64,000 nucleotides of DNA from Bugula neritina (taxonomy: Eukaryota > Animalia > Bryozoa). Position 1 is the first letter of the stretch. Each line of letters begins with the position of its first letter. The notes under the pieces were generated by a model. That model had not been told where the DNA came from and did no database searches. It was given only the letters and a program-made list of their open reading frames with translations. Made by a program: the position numbers and the translations under genes. Shown here piece by piece: positions 58,201-64,000 of the stretch. The stretch covers positions 8,442,581 to 8,506,580 of the forward strand of contig OZ037767.1 in assembly GCA_964035545.1 (NCBI GenBank), in the 5' to 3' direction.

Positions 58201-61200
58201 ACAGCTTAGCTTAGTAACAGCTTCCACACACTAAAACTACAAGTTTATTCCTATAGGAGCTTGGACTGTCATACAAAGGAGAGCCAACGGAAACACTAAA
58301 TTCTACAGGTCTATGAGAAGATACAAGAGAGGGTTTGGGAGCATAGAAAGTGGGGAGTACTGGTTAGGTGAGTGAATCTAAACTCAACAGAAGTGACACA
58401 AATATAAACTAATACATTTGAAACTTGCAAGAAGCCTGAAAGTTAAATTCTGCCACAAAGCAGAACAAATAAGTCAATTCAGAAGGCAGCAATAAAAACA
58501 TACGTGCAACCAGATTTATGGTTGCAAGTTTGTAATGGCTCAGGGCACTTAAATAAGATACACAATCAGTTTCTACTCTCAGGTAAAGGCACAAAAGTTG
58601 CCACTATCAAATTATCATAGCTGCTGCATATTTTTCAGGCTTGGAGGCGCTCCATGAAATCACCCACACGAGAGAATACATGTTAAGAATACAAGTAACT
58701 ACTGGGGACAACCTAACGTACACTAGTGATTACGCAAAGTTTCGAGTTGGCAGCGAGGCAAAGAATTACAGGTAAGCATTTAACTATTTTGCCTTCGAAT
58801 TTTTTGTGTCCTAAATTTAGATACGGAGTAGCCCAAAAAATTTAATGCCTGTAGAAACACTCAAATGTGCACACAGTATAACATATTTAAAATATTTAGT
58901 GAATGTAGAAATCTTGGCACAAGACATTTTACTAGATCCTGGTTTAATTTCAGTAAAATATTGGCCTGACTGAACACCTAGCCGTAAGCAACAGATTTCA
59001 GGCTTTTACAGATACTCTTGCTATCTGTGCTCTACATCTTGCATGCTATGACCGATGCACTATAACTTACTGGAATGTAATCCTGGTGCCTGAAAATATT
59101 TCTTCTTTCTGTTTGTCACTCAAAACGCCACTGAGCCAAAACACATAACAGGCATACATTTAGGCACCAATAGATTTGCAAAGAAAATAACATGTTGAGC
59201 TTGGTGGTGGCCGGTTAAGAGCTGTTAGGTAAATTCTTTATGCATGGTTGCATGTGGGAGCGTATATTAAATTATTATTAAAAACATCTAATGAGGAATG
59301 CACCAAACTGGGGTGGCTTAAATCTCGGCGCCACTATAAGTATATTTTTATATATCATTGAGTATCCTTTGTAGATTAAGGCTCGGTGCGTTTGTTGAGC
59401 CCACCAATGGAACTCTGTCTTCGGGAGACTTTCTCACCCTCCACCATGGTGGAAAATTCCACACAAGAGATTCTGATCAATTCTCGGTGAACTGTGCTAA
59501 ACTCTACGGAACAGCATTCTGGTTCCGGGGCTGCTGGGCGGCCATTAACCTGAACGGACCTTATGTAACCAATGAAGAGGATAACATGGGTGTACGATGG
59601 GCCACTGACAATCCCAACGAAATAAGACGAGTGTGGAAAACTGAAATGATGATAAAGCCTGTATTGTAGCATTCAGATAGTGGTATAGATTAAGACTAAA
59701 AGATGCATTATATTTTTTTAAATGATTCCCACTATCTCAGGCTGATTTTGTCCAATTGTACAATCATTCACCTACAGTCATAGATTATTTTAATGATAAT
59801 TATTGCTTATGAGTATAAACAATATTTTTGTGTACATATTTACAATTATAATGAGGTTTACTTAAACTGTACATATTATAAAAATAATGTAAATCTGAAT
59901 ATTACCAATAATACATATGGTTTGGTTTTCTTTACAGAAGTCACCATGCAGATGCTTTACCAATAATATACCAACTTGTGTGATAATTGTAATATAAATA
60001 ATACTCGGCATTCTACATAAAAACATTAGCAAATATCAATCCATAGAGTAACGAAACAAAACATAGGAGATGAAAACAAGAACTGACTAATCGTGTCAAA
60101 TATATATAGCCAATGAGGCATGAGTCCGGAATCAGTTGGCAAGTTATCTGCATGGGCAGCAAACTGATACACAGGGCACTCAACACTAAAGCTGCACTGA
60201 GTTATCACCATAGAAACAATATTTGCATTGAAAACCCCAGACCTGTAAAGACCAACAGTGACTCTATTGCTGTGAGCAGTCACTGTATCATAACTTATCA
60301 GTGCAGGTTATTAGAATATGAAATGAAAAGAAAATTGTAGCGTAGACAGAAAAGAAAGAGAAGATAATTACAAATATGAAGACACTTTACAATAAATGAT
60401 TGGTTCAATTTGGCAACTGCAGATTGTTTGTAATTCAAGCAGAGAAGTATTGTCCATGACTAAAACATATTGCAGAAGTAATCTATACAGAACATTATAA
60501 ATGGTGAATCTGTCCTAATAGTTATATTGAATTTACAAGAGCTCTAACAATTCCACCTTTCTCACCAACTAGTATGTTTCATCTATCAATCCCACCAACT
60601 AATACCACCTACTGGTTACCTGACCAGATTGCCCCATGAATAGTTTATCATAACCAGCTGGTCACATGACTAGACCAGAGTACGAACCTGTGACTTCTCC
60701 AGTCGATCCTTGAGTAGACTGAGCTCCATCTGAACTTGCAACCCGTTCTGTTCCTTCTGTGTAGCCTGTGATCTGAGTGAAGACAACTCCGTCCTCTTCT
60801 CTTTCAGCACTGAGAGACACTTCTGCAGCTCCTGCCTCAGTATCAGTATAGTTTCATCGGTGCTCTTACCACTGAAGGAAAACAAACTCAACACCGTCAC
60901 ATCCACTGCTAGAGGATATTAGACAGAGAAAGTTAGGGAGCAGCTGTGGTCTAATGGTTAGAGCGTTTGTTTAGTAAACATGAGGTCACGGGTTCGAGCC
61001 CCAGTAAAGGCCATTAGTGAGGTTAGGAAGAGCATCCAGTCATGATTGCTCCTGTACATTATATGAATAAGTCCTTAGCCAGCTTTTAAGTAAACTCTTT
61101 CTATCAGGGGTTTCCCACAGGGATAGCGACTATAAACTTACGTGAGTTTTCATTAGACACAGAAAGTTAATTAGGTAATTAGGTTTTCGGTGAGAAGGGG

Positions 61201-64000
61201 GAGACCATAGTGTAACAGCCCTCCCAGAGAATAGCTGAGTTCTTTAGAAAGGTGAAAGAATTTACTGTGAGTAGAAACTTAGCTATTTTTTAGGAGGGTA
61301 GTTACACATAAAATCTCCTAAAATAGCACCTGCTACGACCTGCCAGTTGTCATACTTCCTGACAGGCTCATGGCACCAGTTGCCAAGCTGCTTCAGCTTA
61401 CATTAAACTTAAGATTGGTCTACCAACTCAGCTCAACCTGCGAGTAAAACTCACCTAGAAGACTTCACACAGCTGGGAGGCTTGTTGAAGGGTTGCTTGA
61501 TGCCCAGTTCTACCAGAGTATCATCATAGCTGCCGGTCACCTGGTCCTCTGAGTCTATTTGGAACAGAGACTGTACCTTGTGGACACTTTCATAGATGGA
61601 TATCTGCTCCTTCAACTCACCAATCTCTCTCTGTACACAGGCACATACAAGTAATGTACTCAAGTGGTGAATTTGTAGTAGAGGTGTGTACATGAAGATC
61701 TGCAGCATATTTAACCTTTGTTCAAGATTTAAACATGCTGCACTGTTAGTATGTAAGTATACGTTAATATGTAAGTACTATCCGGTATGAAGAAATTACC
61801 TGCATAGATTCACACAGCTGCTCTGTGATAGCCTTGCTAGTGCTGCACTGCTGAAGCTGAATGTTCAGTTTACTCACTTCTCCTCCACACGACTCTGTCA
61901 ACAATTGCTGCACTTGTTTCTGACTTTCCTACAATATGACAGCTGGTGTGATACTGACAGTGTGGTACTAATACTGACAGTGTGATACTGATACCGACAG
62001 TGTGGTACTAATACTAACAGTGTGGTACTAATACTGACAGTTTGGTACTAATACTAGCAGTGTGGTACTAATACTGACAGTTTGGTACTAATACTGACAG
62101 GCTGTTGAATTCCATCTGGTCTTACCTTTAGTGAATGAGCGAATCGGTTAACAGCCTCAGCATGCTCTAGTCTCTCTTTAGCAATGGCTTCCATGTCGGC
62201 CTTCAACAGTAACTTTGCTGAGTCCATTTCTTCTCTCTGCAAAGTAACATATTTATTATATATAGACTAGTACAGTAGAGAGAGTGTAGTCGATTCACTG
62301 CAACTAAATGCACAGGTTTAAATTTCCCTGAAGATGCTCCACAAAAACTTAAAGAATATAACGTGAACACCTCATAACTAGTAGCACTTCAAGCATGTAT
62401 TACAATAATAAACTATTCAAAAGTACAAATCTAAATCGAAACATACAGCCTAACTAGACTATGGGTGAAAGTAACAACTTTGGTGAGATGGCGGAAGTCA
62501 TGAGTATAGTTACCAACAACCAAACCACCACCTCAGCATATGATACAAACCTGTGAGCCGAGCTGCTGCCTGACATCACTAATCTGCTGGTGTAGATCAC
62601 ATTTCTCCATCTCATGCTCCTTCCTCAGGGTGTTTACTATAGACTCATGCTGCTCCCTCATCCTTTCCACCGTGTCGCTGCTTCCCAGAGCAAATATCTG
62701 GGCATTCAGACTTTCTATGCTGGACTCCGCAGAGCTGAGCTCGTCTCTCAGCTGCAACATTCACTCTCAAGTATAGAGAGTACTTTAACTAAATGACTCA
62801 TTTCTAAGCTAGCAATTAATTAGTCACTAACACAAGCATGGAATGAAATAGAGAAGTAGTATAAAGGCCTATTTACATTTGAACATTTCGATAACAGAGC
62901 CAAATTTTACAATCAGCATTTACAAAAACAGATAAACCTAGATAAATCAATGTTTTCCAAAATATATTACCCTGATTGGTTGGGCAAATTAAAGATTATG
63001 TATTTACAAGTAATATTTCTTCAGATAAGACTGGGTTGTAAGCACCATTTTGTTGACAGTCAGTTTCAACGACAACTATAAAAGTAGAGTTTCTTCACAA
63101 AGCCAGACATCATTGCAGGAAGACTGCATTGTCTCTCCGCCAACTCACCTGGTCACGCTCTGTCACCAAAGCGCTATTCATTTCCTCCAACGAATTCAAC
63201 TTCTTCTGCAGCTCAAATCTGGCTTCTTTATTCTGAGTCAACAAGTCTTGGGTCTGTTTGAGACTAGACTCACAGCCCTGCTTAGCTCCTAAAAGTGGAA
63301 AACTAACAGTTATTCTACTCAACTTTACAGCACAAGTATGGGCAGACAACTACAAAATTCCCACATAACTATCATTGGATGACAAAACTAATGTTGAACC
63401 AATCACAACCTAGAGTGACTAGTCAAGTAACTGATGCTTCATACCAGGCCCAAGTTTCTGTTCATTTAGAAACAAATGAATGACATTTCAAAACTCAAAT
63501 TCCTAGAATCTAGAATCTAAATTAATCTTGTTACTGAAATTTAGAGCTACTCATTCCATAGTAAAAAAAACCACTATAACTAAACACCACAGCCACGGGT
63601 AATTTGAACCTGGCTTAACACTAAATAAAACCAAGTTAAGATGTGGATGCTGTACCCCACCTAGTGATTTCTTTCACATTCTTGTAGCTAAACATTCCAA
63701 TGGATACATACATGTATAAGAACTATGTTACTTGACACTCCAAAATACAGTTAGTTTTTAAGGAAAATAATCACATTTACAGGAACAGAAATATTGACTA
63801 AGCACAACCAATAATCTATATAATCTATATGCACTACGTCTCCATTGCATTGAATGGATGCTCATACAGATGGATTTATGGTTGTGGTTTGATTCAATGC
63901 AACTGTTCTCAAACATCGAATGAAAAATCCATTCGCTTAATGCGAAGCAATGGAAACGCAGTGAAAGTCCATACCTTCAAGCAGGGCTACTTCATGGCGT
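40249..64000 (-). CDS. CEP152: Centrosomal protein of 152 kDa / asterless orthologue (5' part lies right of the window)
   Basis: Approximate exons: 63975-64000, 63149-63288, 62551-62751, 62126-62236, 61799-61928, 61455-61631, 60689-60871, 53498-53638, 52703-52855, 49569-49698, 49143-49227, 47085-47192, 44950-46884, 44486-44689, 43959-44078, 43120-43281, 42398-42597, 41438-41632, 41047-41191, 40249-40849. Diagnostic segments ERMREQHESIV, ELNTKISEMVEDFDRDKRAALDRC, VKELYIQVCSEK and DVLRYVEET...ARQLRNYYVKC parallel recalled vertebrate CEP152. Confidence 0.88.
41660..41883. repeat. ~23-bp minisatellite (CACAGTATTACTATGTTATATTA)n
   Basis: About 9 degenerate tandem units in a CEP152 intron. Confidence 0.9.
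43432..43955. repeat. 19-bp minisatellite (ATGCTAACCTGTTGACTAY)n
   Basis: About 26 tandem units abutting the donor site of exon 43959-44078. Confidence 0.95.
47500..48146. repeat. Degenerate (ACACTATATACT)-type satellite
   Basis: Low-complexity tandem array; gives rise to spurious ORF 47578-47964. Confidence 0.93.
56026..56255 (+). promoter_or_regulatory. TATA + Inr core promoter and putative 5'UTR exon of the fibrinogen-domain gene
   Basis: TATAAAA at 56026-56032, TCATTT Inr about 30 bp downstream (56055-56060), donor AA|GTAAGT at 56256, acceptor at 56480 just before the ATG. Confidence 0.6.
56483..59669 (+). CDS. Secreted fibrinogen C-terminal domain (FReD) protein, nested antisense in a CEP152 intron
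   Basis: Exons 56483-57419, 57781-57987, 58257-58367, 58639-58771, 59375-59669. Hydrophobic signal peptide; FReD motifs DC.D, GAWTVIQRR, YKRGFG...GEYWLGLEALH.IT, KFHTRDSD, NCA, WFRGC...NLNG, KTEMMIKP. Confidence 0.93.
60936..61151 (+). mobile_element. Full-length tRNA(Thr-like)-derived SINE
   Basis: A box TGGTCTAATGG, TTAGTAA anticodon-like loop, B box GGTTCGAGCCC, non-tRNA body; 18-bp TSD ATTAGACAGAGAAAGTTA / ATTAGACACAGAAAGTTA at 60918-60935 and 61152-61169. Confidence 0.92.
61947..62100. repeat. 20-bp minisatellite (GTGTGGTACTAATACTGACA)n
   Basis: About 7-8 units filling most of a short CEP152 intron. Confidence 0.93.

Noticed and set aside
60936-61010. tRNA-Thr gene
   Set aside because: No proper acceptor stem; the sequence continues into a shared non-tRNA body bounded by a TSD, so it is a SINE head. 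The same applies to ~38140-38213.

Overview
AT-rich, intron-dense animal (invertebrate, plausibly lophotrochozoan) genomic DNA. I reconstructed eight spliced protein-coding genes by hand. (1) COG2 (- strand, runs off the left edge). (2) A complete SAXO/FAM154-like gene nested on the same strand inside COG2 intron 4. (3) An F-box/WD40 gene head-to-head with COG2. (4-5) Two divergent calmodulin-like genes with long C-terminal tails. (6) A true calmodulin directly upstream of them; it has two duplicated 29-nt terminal coding exons (EFCAMMCSK vs EFVSMMMSK), and a 79%-GC structured island lies in the intron before them. (7) CEP152/asterless (- strand, enters from the right edge), with a 1935-nt repeat-built coiled-coil exon. 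(8) A secreted fibrinogen-domain gene nested antisense inside a CEP152 intron. Introns carry tRNA-derived SINEs, several MITE families with clear target-site duplications, and mini/microsatellites. The most interesting signal is the calmodulin locus. All exon models come from GT-AG boundaries, phase consistency and recalled protein similarity; no database search was run.
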